NCBI RefSeq assembly: GCF_046119375.1
Contig: NW_027365766.1
Location: 1-64,000, forward strand
DNA length: 64,000 bases
Reading direction: 5' to 3'
From: Phyllobates terribilis
Taxonomy: Eukaryota
The notes under the pieces were generated by a model. It had not been told where the DNA came from, made no database searches, and was given only the letters and a program-made list of their open reading frames with translations. Both the position numbers and the translations under genes were made by a program. This document shows positions 50,182-64,000 of this stretch, in pieces (positions within the stretch are counted from its first letter, which is position 1; every line of letters begins with the position of its first letter).

Positions 50182-50704
50182 ATGATTACAATATTATAAT
50201 TAGACCCATTTAAAACTATATAAAATAATTTAGAATTAGACCTACGTGAATATATTTATAGTATTAATATTAGACCTATTTAACATTGTATGAAATAAAA
50301 TAGAATTATACCTAAGTAAAACATAAATTAAACTCATCACATAAGCTAAAATATTGACATGTATAAGGCGTTTCCTATTAATCAATCACCTCAAAATTGT
50401 TTAATTAATATCATCTTCCTAAAAAGTGATCACCACAGAAGGAAAAACTGTGCAGCATGTAACATACAAGGACGCTAAATTAAGTATATTGAATTTCAAG
50501 AGAACAGAATTTACATTTTTGTTCACAGAACCTAAACATCTGACATACATGACCCCAAAATAGAATCACCCATCTTGGATAGGCAAACGAATATACTTAC
50601 CACTATTAATTTTTTTCCTACCTTAGCAAAAGAATGTGAAAGAGAGAGAGAAAGCTATATGCAGAATTGATTAACCACATTCACCATTTTTTCTTCTTCT
50701 AGTT

Positions 50705-53700
50705 TTAGTCTTGTGATGTGGTTGAATACTCGAAAATAAGGCGTTTTGAAGGAGACGATTGTAAAAGCACCCGAAGACGGCTTGTTAGTTGATATATCAA
50801 TGTCCACTGCATTGCCATCTCTGAGTCCTTCATCTGCCTCACCATTGATGCCTAAGCAAAGAAAAATAAAACATTTAGCTTTGGCAGAAATTTGAATACC
50901 TTTTATTATAAGTTTCTCCGTTTCTTCGCCCATAGTAAAAAGTAGCTTATGAAACATTACTATGAAAGAAAATAATTCAAGCGCCACATATACCTCATAT
51001 TCACATTGCAAAACATGCTATAAAGGGCCACTAGAAAACAATAAGCTAGCTAGCGTTATTTGAATCATTGCAAAATTTAAAAAAGCTACTGCAACCGCTA
51101 CTTACCAAACATAATTACTTCTCATGAAATGTTAAACGCTACATCAAAAGCTAATTTTTTACTATTACCAATCACTCTCTTGAGTTTTTTTTAAGAAGTT
51201 AAAGAGAAGAAGGTTAAAAAGTGTAAATGGACAAACCTGAAGACGTTTCCCGAGCTGAACCTCAACTTCGGTGCCAAACGAAATGTTACTAGCAAGGGAT
51301 TTGAGAGGGTCAACCGTTGGGTCAACGGAGAGCAGGCTCGGGATTTGAGGAGCATAAACTAGTCTCCATCTAGCTTGCCCGATTTCTCCCTTTCCCTCTA
51401 TTCTTGGCATTAGAGTCTCCACCGTTGCAGTTGCAAGCTTTTTTAGCGCCAGCTGTCCGTCTCCTTCTAAGATTGACTCTGCCAGCTGGCTCTCGAAAAC
51501 TCTTGCCGCCTGAAAGATACTTCCAGCTTCAGAAACATCTTGAAAGCATATTATGATGTTTATACTTTTACATTGTTTTTTTTTACATTTGAGTGGTGGG
51601 TATGATTATGATAGCAAATCCCGTATACAATGAATGTAAAAAAGCTTTGCGGACTTGAAATACAAGGATTTTGATTAGTGCGGAGAAAACTCTCTTATTT
51701 GGAAGGTTATATGGAAAAGGTTAGATAGTGATCAGGTCTATGAGGAAGTTAACCATTTTGCAAATAAAAACATTTTGAAGTTAGAATTCGAGCAAATAAA
51801 TGTAACCAAATGAAATATGTATTGAGCAAAAGCTGGATAAAAAGTAGATTTACAGCCTAAAATCTTACCTCTGGTGAAAGAACATCCGGTTCAACTGAGC
51901 GTGTTGAGGTAACAACCAACTTTTCCTGCCAATTACTTGCCCGGCCTTGGATTCTGAACTGCCATTCTGACCCAACCAAAGCTAAATCTAGAGTTGGATC
52001 AATTCCATTATCCGTCTCAAACTTTGCTATGTTGAGATGGTCTCTTTTCAGCCGTATCTGAAATTCACGATGATTATCTCAGTTTATGTTTTCAAAATAA
52101 CTAGTACATGTACCTGTCCGCAGTGGCGGATTCAGGAGTTGTAGTCACTGGGGGCTAAGATATCGGCGGCCAAATTTTATTCTCGGCTTTCTTTTAAGAC
52201 ATAATTTTAGTGCAAATATTAATAATATCACCCAGTAGACCGTAGATCAGTATAAATTGTTATAACTAAAGCCGATATAGCATAAAAGAACAAATTCATC
52301 AAATCATCTCTAATTTATTAAATTATTGGATCAAATTTAACATATAGAAACATTTAATATGAAATTTAGCCAAATTAATTCTAAAATTTATATAATAATA
52401 TAAAAATGCCAAAAAAACGTGGGACCCAGTGGGCAACGTGCATTAGCCGTTGCCTGTGCGGCCGTGCCTTGCACAATATTGGAATATACAAAGATAAAGA
52501 TATAAAGTAAATGTCGTATGAAATATAGTATAATTATGAAATCTGATGAATATAGTTAAGGTAGGTAAAGCGTAGGATTAGGATATATGATACTTTTATT
52601 ACAATATTTAGGAAAGAGTAGTTTGGAATAAATTAGAAGGGTGTATAGGTAAATGAAACAAGCTAAATAGCGAAATCTGACCTGAGTTGCAACGAGATTC
52701 ACATCACCATTCTCAAATGTAAGGACTCCTTTAGGTTTGATCAACTTAGGATGAGCAGAACCGTTAAGCTCTACCTCCCCACTCACAGCAAAGTTGAGAA
52801 TAAGAGGATAAACTACCCTCAATTCAGGCCCAAGAACAAGCTTTAGGTCATCAAGCCGTACATCTATGCTTGGTTTGTTGTTTGTTTGTGCCATTTCCTT
52901 CTCAACCTGATCCTTTTTCCCTGCTCATAGCAGATTCAAATATTAGAGCTCAAACACTACACAAAGATTTTATCAAACCTTTCTAAGGGTAAACCACACA
53001 GAATTATGTGTAAACTTATGCCACTTTGTGCAGAACCACCAAAAATTATTCAACCACCAGTTATCCCAATCTTTCTTACCATTTCTACAAATATCATGAA
53101 AAGAGATAAAAAGTCAAAATTCTCTTACACATGTTTAATTTTATTCAAACGTATACTTTTAATCCCCTCGTTACTCGTTAGGATAAACTTATCCTTTCAC
53201 AAACTTTTGCTTTGATTTACCATATTTACCTTTAAGTAATTCTCTAGACATAACCTTTTCAATTTGCAAAACACTTTAATAGGGCATTTGGGGAAAAATA
53301 TTTCTCCTTAATTTGTGTGGAAACATCTACAAAGACAACTATCTGTCCTTTTTTGAAATTTAACACGCTTATATGAGTGTTGAATTGTAAACAAAATGGA
53401 TAACCAAACCTAGATTTAATTGTACATGCGAAATCAGTTCCGACTTTTTACCTGATGACGGTGAGAAAAGAGTTCTTGAAGCAGCCGGTTCTGAGCTAAA
53501 AAACCTTGATACATATCTTGCAGCAACTGCTCGATTGTAACCACCATCAGGTAAAGTTGACTGGTTTGATGCTAACTTATTGAATGGAGCAGCTCCACCG
53601 CCTTTATCATGAGGAAGATACGCTTCCCCGTGGCTCAATTTAATATTCCCTGATATGCATGGTTGCATGATAGATCCCCTTATTTGCATGTGGGTGTCCA

Positions 53701-56700
53701 CCTGGCCACTACACGAATAACAAGCACCAATTAAGAAAGGCATATATATAGGAAGCTGATAACAACTCTCAAACTCATATAATAAATCACATAAGATATA
53801 TGACGGAATTATCTAATAGAGACCACTTAGGCTTAGCCTAATGAAACCACCAGGAAAGTTGCAGGAACACCCACAAACTCTTATCAGCTGATAATGATAA
53901 TAAGCTCATTTACATACCCACTCTACTGGTGCTTATTTAGCACTAAGCCACTAACTACTTCAGTACTAGTAAGGGCCTCTAGCACTATAGTAAACCAACT
54001 GAAACAACTCCTAACTACTCACTCCACCCATCAAATATTAAGTGTCATTTAAAAGATTTTGACAAAATTAAGGTATGATGAGTCAAGGTTAAACTGCCCC
54101 TACATAATTGCTACAAAACTTAATTACTTTTGGTAATAATGAATCAATTGATAATTAACAGTAAAATAGGAGAAATATGGCCAAAACACCTTAAATGATA
54201 CTTATTAATGAGAATTACTGAATTTTAGATTAACTACTAATAAGATAAATTCTAAATGCGGGAATCCTATCATAACCCCTCAAATATATGGATTTTGTTT
54301 TCCACGAAACCTACCTTAATAGATTTTTAGCTTTGACTTCCAACACTTCACACTTTAAGTCAATCTTATCGCCAGGGAATGCTTCACGTGCTGTAAGTGG
54401 AAGATTTCCATTGACAAGAAGCTTCCCTCTTCTGCTGACTCTACCTTCCAGGGAGTTTATGCAAAGCCTGTTGGATTGTACAGCAACTCTTCCCCCAAAG
54501 TTGGTCATCGGTTTACGAAGAACAGGTGAAGATACAGATGCCCGGTGAAAGGTTGCAGATCCATCAAGCTCAGGCTGTTGTACAGTTCCTCTCACCTAAT
54601 AATATAAGATAACAAAATATGTCTAATTAGTAGTTATTTCAATCTTAATTCAGTAATTTATGTTAGAAGTCAATATGTGTGTCCTGAATTTAGGCTTGGT
54701 GAGTCAGCAGGTCACCACTAGTCAGTTATCGGTATTTCAATTCAGTATTAAAGCACTTGAGGGTCAGTCTGTAACCAGGTTATGATTAAATTGAATGCAG
54801 AAGAATAGGATTGTCCTCAATTTCCTAATTGTTAGATTATGGAAATTTGCAATAGTTGTTTCCTTGCCCTAAGTGGTTCCTTAAGGTTAGATTCTGACCT
54901 TAAGTGGGTACCCTCTACGAATCATCTAATTGGATTATTTTTCATTAACTTTTCCTTCAGGGACAATATTTTTTAGAAGAAAGACGGCCCTCGAGTTTCA
55001 TCATAAGTTTTTTAGATCATAAGGCAGTTGATGTGTAGAAACTGATATCGATCAATTAGACTTTCCATAACTTAATGACATAATTATGAAAAAGATAAGG
55101 ATAGAAAACGAAGACAAACTCACAAACCTGGAGCATAACTTCAGCATTACCACTAATCCAATCAGCATGAGGGGTTAAAGCTGTTAATAACATCATGCCA
55201 CCATCTTTGATATCCGCATCAATCCTAACTTCTCCTGCATCTAATAAATTCCAGTTAAGTCCTTTAAGACTTTCTGTAAGCTGAACATCCCACTTTTCTT
55301 CATTTTTATCTCTTGAAATCTTTTTCTCCGAATCAACTTCAATAGATTCTTTACCCCACGCCGGATTCCAACTCGCCTTTCCTTTCTCAATTTCCGTGTC
55401 CTCTTCTTGTTCATCATTATGCACAAAAGTCACCGGAACACTACCTTGAACATGAACTTGACCGTTCTGAAGAAAAGGCTCAAATTTGGCATTAAAAAGA
55501 AAACGACTGTTCGGGGTTAAAGAAGCAACAACCTCTGCACGTCCAAGATCAATTCCCCCAATAGCACCATCAAGAAGTCTTATCTGAACATCACACTCTG
55601 GTTTTAATAGATTCCCACGCAAATCTCCTTCCATGTGAAGAACACCTTTAAATGGTGCTAGTAATTGTCTTAATGAGTGAATAGCGTCCGTTGTTGAAGT
55701 TTCGATGACTTGTACGAGCATCGGTACAAGACTAACAGGGAAATTTAGAACGGCGAAATGGAGATTTGTTTTTGGGCCGAATAAAGTACCATCGGCGTGA
55801 ATGGTGGCGTTATCCTTTTGGATAAAAATCCTTTCGAGGCGTAAACCATCATCATTGCTATATGCACCAACTGCTTGAACCCGTTGTGTTTTGTACGCTC
55901 CCCATTCCCAGTCCTCCCCGTGAAAGTCAAACTCTGCCTGGAAGATAAACAGGTTTAATTATCATAATATACAATATAAAAGGAGAGTTATAGGGTGATA
56001 GTCAGGGGCATAGCCAGGAAAAACAGTCACAAGGAGCAAAATTTTCTGTTATAACGGAAATCGAATTTTTTTGGAGACATTTTTTAAAACAAAATATGCA
56101 TGATATTATCCCAAACTAGCACAAAAATATATTAATGTATCGAAATCTTAAACTATTTGTTACAGTAACATTCTTCGAGGCGCCATTTCCTGAAATCATT
56201 TGATAATGTCTTCAGTTTCAATACTCGCCAGATTTTTCTCAATATACGTGACTGAACAATCTTAAATTTTTTAAATCGTTTGATAATATCTTCAGTTTGG
56301 AATATGGTTTTTTTTCTTCTAAAAATCCATTGGGGGCTTTAACCATATAATTTTTTGTATGATTTAGAAAAACACTATATAATTGTTTAAAAAAAAAACC
56401 TCTGGCGGCTATAGCCTCCAGTAATCCTACCTATCAATGCCATTGGTGATATCTGATAGAGATCACTTAGAATCAGGATCTAACCGTAAGGAATCACTAA
56501 TTGTCAGAATCTAACGATTAGGAATTTGAGGGGAATTTCCATTTTTGATATTTCAACAAACAAATCTGACACAATGTGACTCTAACTACATCATATAAAG
56601 GGAAATAACAAGCAGTGCATGGAAACTAACTGACCAGTAACATTAACTAACTGGGAATCAGCGATTAGTCTGCCTACTAACAGCACTAACTGGGACATAA

Positions 56701-59700
56701 CTTGTATGATTCATTAACTAATCCACTATCTAACTAAATAAACTAAACTAATAATAATACTATAACTAATTAATCATTACAGATGTCGAACCATATCATA
56801 AGGTGACTAGAAAGCTTATGGAGACGTATCACCATAAGTTGAAGGAATATAAGCAGGAATCTATGAAAAGACTATAAACTCAAATATATCTTCAAACAAA
56901 CTTTAATTTCGTTAATACCAGAGGAGAATCTTTTTTACTCAAAGTCCCAGTCAAAGCCTGGGGAAAAAAGGATTAAGGGAATGTACCACAGTATCACCAT
57001 TGCCGCCACCACTTGCATCAAGAGAGCCATGCCATCGGCCTTCAAGTTCAGCCAAACCTGGAAGGCTCAGATCCTCTGAAGTAACTTCATCCATTGGAGT
57101 GTAATGCCCTTGTAATACCTGACAAATTTAATCTCTTTCACATCTTATTTCATACTTACAAAGACTTGAATCAGTATAAATAAGTTTTACCGTTACAGCT
57201 ATAGTCAGGGGCAGATTCAGTTTTTTCCTGCAGGAGCTAAAAATTTCCGAAAAGTTTGCATGTAGAATAGATACATGAAATTTTCCCGCTTACATGATAG
57301 TATTGACCTAACCTAGAACTACATTTGATTAGTAAAATATAGAATTTTGGCTTACAAAAATTGTTTACAATACAAAATCCACCAGTGATCCCGTACAATT
57401 AACCCTAATTTAAACGACAAACCCTATATATAACTAGTAGATTTTCTTTCATAGACAAAAAATTACATAATGTGAATCATATTTCTCGTTATTATGCTAT
57501 TTTCATCTAATATTTAAAACTTTAAAAATTCAGATACAAAATTAGAAAAAAAGGTGAATTTTTTTTATCGATGAGCTTGTGCAAATCAAAATATAATTTT
57601 ATATTTCTTTAGCATTTTTTATATCAATATATAGCACCCACCTATTTAAATAAATAGATAAATAAATTTATGAGCCAACACCATTAAAATACCTCACGAA
57701 GTTGCTGAGGACTTTCAGCTTGTATTCCAACCGATTGCAAACATTCCAAAAACAAATCCTGCAGAGAAATATTGAAGCAGATTTTTTTTATTATGGTATA
57801 AAGATTCAAAGAACAGGTCAAAGTACCTCCGTTGAAGCAGAAAACTAAGAAGGAATATAAATCAACTTGATTGTCTACAAACTAGTATGAAGATATAGTT
57901 ACAACCTTTGATCTAGAGTGAACAGCAGGATCAGTGCTTCTAGAAAGAAGGCGTGCAAGAGGAAGCATCTCAGCTGCCTCAGCTCGTGGAACTTCAAGTC
58001 TCATTCTCCATCTCCCCATTGAAGATATCACACTTCCTAGATGCCCAGCCATTGCTCTGCTGAATAACTTAGTAATTTCCTTGGGATTTGATTTTCTATC
58101 TCTGCTTCCAGGTAACACATATTCACCTTGAAGTTCGTATCTGCTGTAGCTTTGCTCCAACACTGTTTTCTCAACAGTTATCTACACAGAAATGGATCAT
58201 ATCTACATCAGTCAGAAGGACTAAAGAAGGAATAAAAGTTGAAAAAACAACTTCAGCACAATTAAAGAGTATGAATGGACCTTAGCATAAAAGGTATGTA
58301 CTTGAGAAGAGTTGTTCAATAACTATGCTGATATGATACTGATCCTATCTAAGTAGAGTCTATCTTATTTAATATTTAGATATTAGTAGATGTATATCTT
58401 CAGTTTATTTAATATTTTATAGTTAGTAGAATCTATCTTGCTAAGAGAAATAGCATATGTAGACATGTATTCCCTGTATTTTCAGCAAGCAGTTATAACC
58501 AATAAAGGTTCTTCCTTGGTAGTTTAATCTCTAATCAAAAGATAATCGGATGTTAGATCTCAAATCAAAAGATCAATTCTATCCCTTGAGACTTAAAGAA
58601 ACGAGTCTCATCATATGCACTCTCGCTTCTAAGCTTCTGGGAAATATAATGGTTATCATGTACAAGTAGTGTCATCATACGCACTCTCGCTTCTAAGCTT
58701 CTGGGAAATATAATGGTTATCATGTACAAGTAGCTTAGTTTAATTTCGCTACAGCATATCAAAACCAGATTAGCTTCTTTTACCAAAACACTATGTGACG
58801 TTCAATGTTTAGATTGATACAGCATATATCATGTATCGTACTAACTTTTATCACAATCCACAATTGCTGGAATGCGAGAGAAGAGACAGCAGCACACGGC
58901 TAGACATTCAGAGGCGATTTACAAAATGTGAAAAAAGCAGATCAAAGCAGAATTAATAACCTCAGCAACTTAGACTAAAAACTTCTAGAACTTCACATAA
59001 TTAATAAGGATACTGAGTTAATAATAATAGTTACTCTGAGTACAACAAAAGAGAAACGAAATGGGCACTCACCACATCCCCGCTCCATCTAACAGCAACA
59101 TCTAGAGCTTCACCCAGCACTCCACTGAACTTTGGCCGCAGAACTGACAATACACCAAACCCCCTCCTTTTTAGAAGATTGAGTTGAATTTCAGCCTGCA
59201 ACACGTAATCATATGCTTTAAGCACAAACCAAATATTCAGACACAGAAATCGCAGAAAGTTAGTACTATATGATGAAGCATTTGTAATAACTTTTGTGGT
59301 GGTTTTCTCAGGAAGCAATTTGATTTCTTATCCAAACAAAGATATGTAATTGACACTATTTTGAGTACTGTCAAAACGAAAAATATCAGTCTAATAAAAG
59401 CACAATTATAGTTGACATGGGAAGAATTAATATCAAAGCAATAGTATACTACAATGCCCCCTTTCCTAAACTATTTTCCTTGTACTTCCATCCTGGCAAA
59501 TCTATCACTTACATTGTTTGTTTCTTCTCAAGCCGTGATTTAGTATAATCTTAGCTTAAATGTCCTGTAAAAAATCAAATTCTTCAACACATAGTCCAAC
59601 TATTTCGATCCAAATTCCAATTCACAAATCCATCCAAATCTATATTCTATACATAAGTTCAATTTATCATGGGAATGAATTTAGACAAAAAGCGAGTAAG

Positions 59701-62700
59701 CAACAGTGGAATCATTATATAAGAAAACTTCTTACCCTCTGAACTGTTCCCCTGAGAGAACCGAGTTCCAACTCATCTAGTGGCAAATGGCGAATCTACA
59801 ACCACCAAACAACAGAATATAAGTTAACCTCTACATAGCTTCTTTTCTTTTCAGATAAAATTTCTCTTACACATAACATATGAAATGAGAAAAAGCTGGA
59901 TTCATACTACTTTCAAGTTTACTTCATAGAGATCACACTAAGATTATACCTCTAGGTTGGCAGATTGTGATGGTTCATAGTGCATGTTAGCTCTGAGTTG
60001 TCCCTTCTGAAGGGTGAAAGACAATGACTTTCCATGTTGGGAATTGTCATCAGCAGTAGGATCCAATAGCCCCATGATCTCAACTGCTAGACTTTCATCA
60101 GGTCTACCAACAGCATCCAACTACAACATAAGGACAAGTTGTCAAACTTTGAAGCTCAAAAAGCAATTTTAAGGACAAAGATAGATTATATAAACAAAAA
60201 TTGCTCTGCCACGGCCGCACACACCCAGATTGCGGACTATAATTTGCCATCTACTTTTGTATTTAGGATCATATTAATTTTTCATTACATATATCTATAA
60301 CTATTACTGAATACGGTTTTCTCTTTCCTACGTGTCATTTATCTAGATAGGCACATCATCATTTTTATTTCCAATTTACTTAATAACCCTTATATGTTTA
60401 TCTTAATTGCATTTTCTCTATTCAATGTACCATATACATGATTTCCATATATGATGACCTATTTTAATATTATTTTAGCTATTTCCTTATTTCTTACAAA
60501 AAATACCATATAGAATGTGTGAATATATATATATGAATATCATTTCATAATCTTTAATTTATTTAGAGACAAAACTTAAGACATACAAAATCATACGAAC
60601 AAATGATCTTTGGTTTTATTTACCATTTTTTGATAGAACTATATAATGTCTTCTGAATTAAATGATTGTATTATCAAAATATATAAATAAAAACATTTAA
60701 TTATATGTTTTGGTACATAGTTTTCTATGTAAATAATACTGACACCATAAAAGGAAAGTGTATTAGTTATATCCAGATTTTATCATTATTTTATATTTTA
60801 TTCATATTTGTTATTGTAATTGTTTTATAACTTCATAAGATTCCTTGCTAGTATAATCTATATATAGACAAAACCGAGCAAGGCACAGATTTTACATGCT
60901 AGTACAAAAGAAAGTTCATTAGGAATGACTCTACCTTCAGGGATTCTTGAGAAATGCTCAATTGTCCAGCCAACTGTGGTGCTATCATCAACTGATTGAG
61001 TTTGAGTCCTGAGATTGAAACATTGCCATTAAGGCAACGCCTTTCTTCATCAGTGCTGTTAGAAGGCTCTGTAACTTGCCCCTGGAATTTAACTCTTCCT
61101 GTTGCTTTTAGTTGCACAGGTCTCGGAGAATCAAAAGCGTAAGAGGAGATCACATTGAAAAACTCAAAACCACGCATCCGAAGATCCAGCTCAAGTCCCT
61201 CAATTGTTACAGGTTGAGCCCTTGTCACCACATATTCCTCCTCCGTGCTGGACAAATTTATTTCTGGATATGATGTCATAATCTTGCCATACAAATCAAA
61301 TGCAATTGATGAAGAGTTAATAGATATAAAATCATGGGAGATTATGACGTCTCCCCGAGCATCAGCCAATGACCCCTCAGCTTTTGGTGCATTCCATTTC
61401 ACATCAAACCTCCTACAGTGTACAACAGAGATTCTTAAAAGAAATGCTCCTTTAATGTGTAACAGGAGTGAATTATAGAACCCACTTAAGGTCAGAATCT
61501 AACCTTAAGGAACCACTAATCTCCATTTTTCTTTATTCAGTTCAATCATAACCTTACAGATTGGCTCTAGGAAGATTTAAATACTGCTGCAAACATATAT
61601 AACTAACTATCGACTCTTTTAACAACTAGCTTTGACTGACTAATGGCTAGAAATTTAAACAAACTAATCAAATATAGGAGATTAGTAATTAAAACTATTA
61701 GAATAGATATTTCAGGGTTGTATTAGTGAATGAGAAAGCTTACGGTCTTAGAAGGCTCCCAGAAACTTTTGTCTCTCCTTTTAATTCTCCCACGTTAAGG
61801 GGCATATGAAGATTTTTCGGCAAATAACGATGAGCAATTCTGTTGAAGGACAGATTGCCCGAGAAGTTCACATCCAATGCTGTCTCGTCCAATTCCGCCT
61901 AATCATTAGAATTTTGCAAACATGCAAGAAATATTCAAGGACAATAAATACAGTCTGTTATTAACTTAAAAACATGCCAATAAGTTGCAGATTTCTATAC
62001 CATTGTACAAGAGTAGAAATAATTTGTCTAGATCTTGTCAATAACACCATGTTTTTTGAGTAGAATTAACTAAGTAAAAGTGAAGAAATCTGCTTAGTGC
62101 TTGGTATACTAAATCTTGAGTATTTTCAATTTTTTATGACCATATAATAGGCACAAACCTCTTGTTAATACTACAGCCTTTTCGGTCGTCTATCGTAAGT
62201 CGTAAATAACACCCCAGATCTCATTTACTACTTGCTACTGAAAATTTTGGAGTACTAAGTCCTATAACAGCTAAAATGACAAATATACGTAACAAAAAAT
62301 AAAGATTAGAATGACAAACATTTTTTAGATTGGAGGTGTTACTATAAAACAAATCTTGGAAAACTGAGGACCAGAGTTCTAAAAAACATATCACTTTAGG
62401 ATACTAGAGAGTTATATACAAGCAAGGATGTCAATATAAACATAAAAACTACAAAAATAAAATCATCAATTTGCTACATATACCATATTGTGCTCTCATT
62501 ATAAGAAGACAAAGAGGAGAAATAGGATAAGAACACAAGATGATACAAATAAAACTAATATAAGAGTAATAAAAAATGGATAAACTTTGATTTAGCAAAA
62601 AAAATACCTCTGGACAAATCCAAGCATTTCCAGCTCCACGAATTTCTCCCCCATCAACAAGGCTGGCTCTGATTCCGTACAAGTCAGCAACCTGCAATAA

Positions 62701-63972
62701 GTACATAAACGCCTACATTTGTCATCAAAAAACACAATAGCTAGAGAAGCTATAACTTCCATTTTCATTGTTACAATGTCCTAAAATCAATATATGAAAA
62801 ATATAAAAGGAAATGATACATCTGAAGTGACAAAAATAAGTGTATCTGCAGTTTGCAGAAGACAATAAAATAAGTAGCAGCATTAGAGAGACATAGATAA
62901 CTAAGCTGACAATGTTACTGGTGTAAAGAGATTCTACCAATATAGTATATCCGTGTGAAGTTACTGACTGAAAACGTAAAAATGTTTAATCAGTTGAAAA
63001 GATAAAACTGCACTAATAAAAAATATACAAGCACAAGCAAATGACAAGATTGACATCAAACCTCAACTTACACAATTGTCTGTATTAAAAGTGAAGTTGG
63101 CTGACAGGTAGGAAATTGGAATTCGATCAAATGCTGCAACTGCGCCAGCATCTTTACTCTTGATTACAGCTTCAGATGCAGAGGATGCAGGAAGATCCGA
63201 AATTGTCTGCCCAATCTTCCTAGTAACCATCCCACTGCCTACAAATATAGGAGCATCCAGTGGGCCTTGGCAATTGAATACAGCAGTAATAGACCCAGCT
63301 AACTGCAATTAGGAAAAGTTTAACTCATCCAATCAAATGCTGCCAAAAGAGAATGCAAATATACTAATACAGATATTCAAATTGTGTCCATAAGACATTT
63401 TTTTAGCAGGTCCGTAAGACATTTTGATACGTGATATATATCAAAATCTATACGCGGGAAATTGGTGGAGAATCTCCAGCTTTTGCGATATATTCAAATC
63501 AAATAACTAGTCTGTTCACAAATGAGACTACTTACAACTTAAATAGGAAAAGAAATTGTTGAGCCTAACCACAGAACCAAGCAAGTACAGAAATGCACTG
63601 ACATTTAGTTTGTAGGTTAATTTCTGTAAGGAGGTTGAATTTAGATTATTGATTATTCCTTTCTACAGATTGGACATTTGGGGGTTTTCACAGCCCTTTT
63701 ATTCCTAGACATGCATTCTTCATCGTGTCCCTGATCAGTTCACTCTTCTATATCTCATTTCGTGCTAAGATCATTAACTCTCAAAATCATGAATCATAGA
63801 TTCATAATAGAGATAATAACAATTTATTATTTTGTTCTTTCTAAAATATCAATTACAGCTATAGAATGAAGGCAGCAGTCATGGGAAATAAAATCAAAGA
63901 CAAACATACCGGATAGGGTAATGGTTTCATCTTGAAACTTCTCATAAGGGCATTAACTTCAACAGAAGGAAC
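50705..63972 (-). CDS. TIC236: TIC236/EMB2410 (TamB-like chloroplast inner-envelope translocon bridge), last 18 exons (1344 aa), 5' part beyond the window: 63972-63910, 63302-63072, 62691-62608, 61898-61744, 61412-60935, 60120-59950, 59795-59736, 59195-59073, 58181-57906, 57758-57693, 57118-56987, 55937-55128, 54595-54315, 53708-53452, 52920-52682, 52057-51869, 51509-51237, 50851-50705
   Basis: All exons GT-AG and in phase (4035 nt to TAA); VFNCQGPLDAPIFVGSG, LVLGPELRVVYPLILNFAVSGE, FENGDVNLVATQ, EGKGEIGQARWRLVYAPQIP, QWTLIYQLTSRLRVLLQS. Confidence 0.93.
58608..58733. repeat. Near-perfect 62-bp tandem duplication (period 64) in a TIC236 intron
   Basis: tcatcata(t/c)gcactctcgcttctaagcttctgggaaatataatggttatcatgtacaagtag occurs twice. 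Confidence 0.9.
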
Positions 63973-64000
63973 CTGGCAATAAGAACACGATTCAATATCC

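Noticed and set aside
1-64000. tRNA, rRNA or organellar insertions
   Set aside because: None recognised; the only tRNA-related sequences are the two PBS motifs.

Overview
Plant (eudicot-like) nuclear DNA, roughly half transposon. It holds three intron-containing host genes on the minus strand, whose exons I traced by GT-AG boundaries and phase. These are an MSL9/MSL10-like mechanosensitive channel (5 exons, 678 aa), exosome subunit RRP41 (10 exons, 241 aa) and the last 18 exons of TIC236/EMB2410, which continues past the window end. Between them lie a young, apparently intact 11,027-bp SIRE/Sirevirus Copia element (gag, pol, env-like ORF), a full-length degenerate L1 LINE with TSD, a rearranged LINE fragment forming a long hairpin, and a degenerate short-LTR Copia carrying a nested SIRE solo LTR. 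Several Mutator-type non-autonomous elements are also present, one a Pack-MULE carrying a GALS/GT92 gene fragment inside the MSL intron. The best leads are three. (1) The Sirevirus env-like ORF has its own MSA/CCAAT/TATA promoter, and the whole element is saturated with an AGCGC/GCGCT motif, suggesting a possible self-targeting regulatory system. (2) An internally deleted SPIRAL1 gene leaves a 26-codon ORF for the conserved C-terminal microtubule-binding repeat, just upstream of RRP41. (3) The GALS Pack-MULE lies antisense in the MSL intron. All counts and alignments were done by eye, and family names come from recognised motifs, not database searches.
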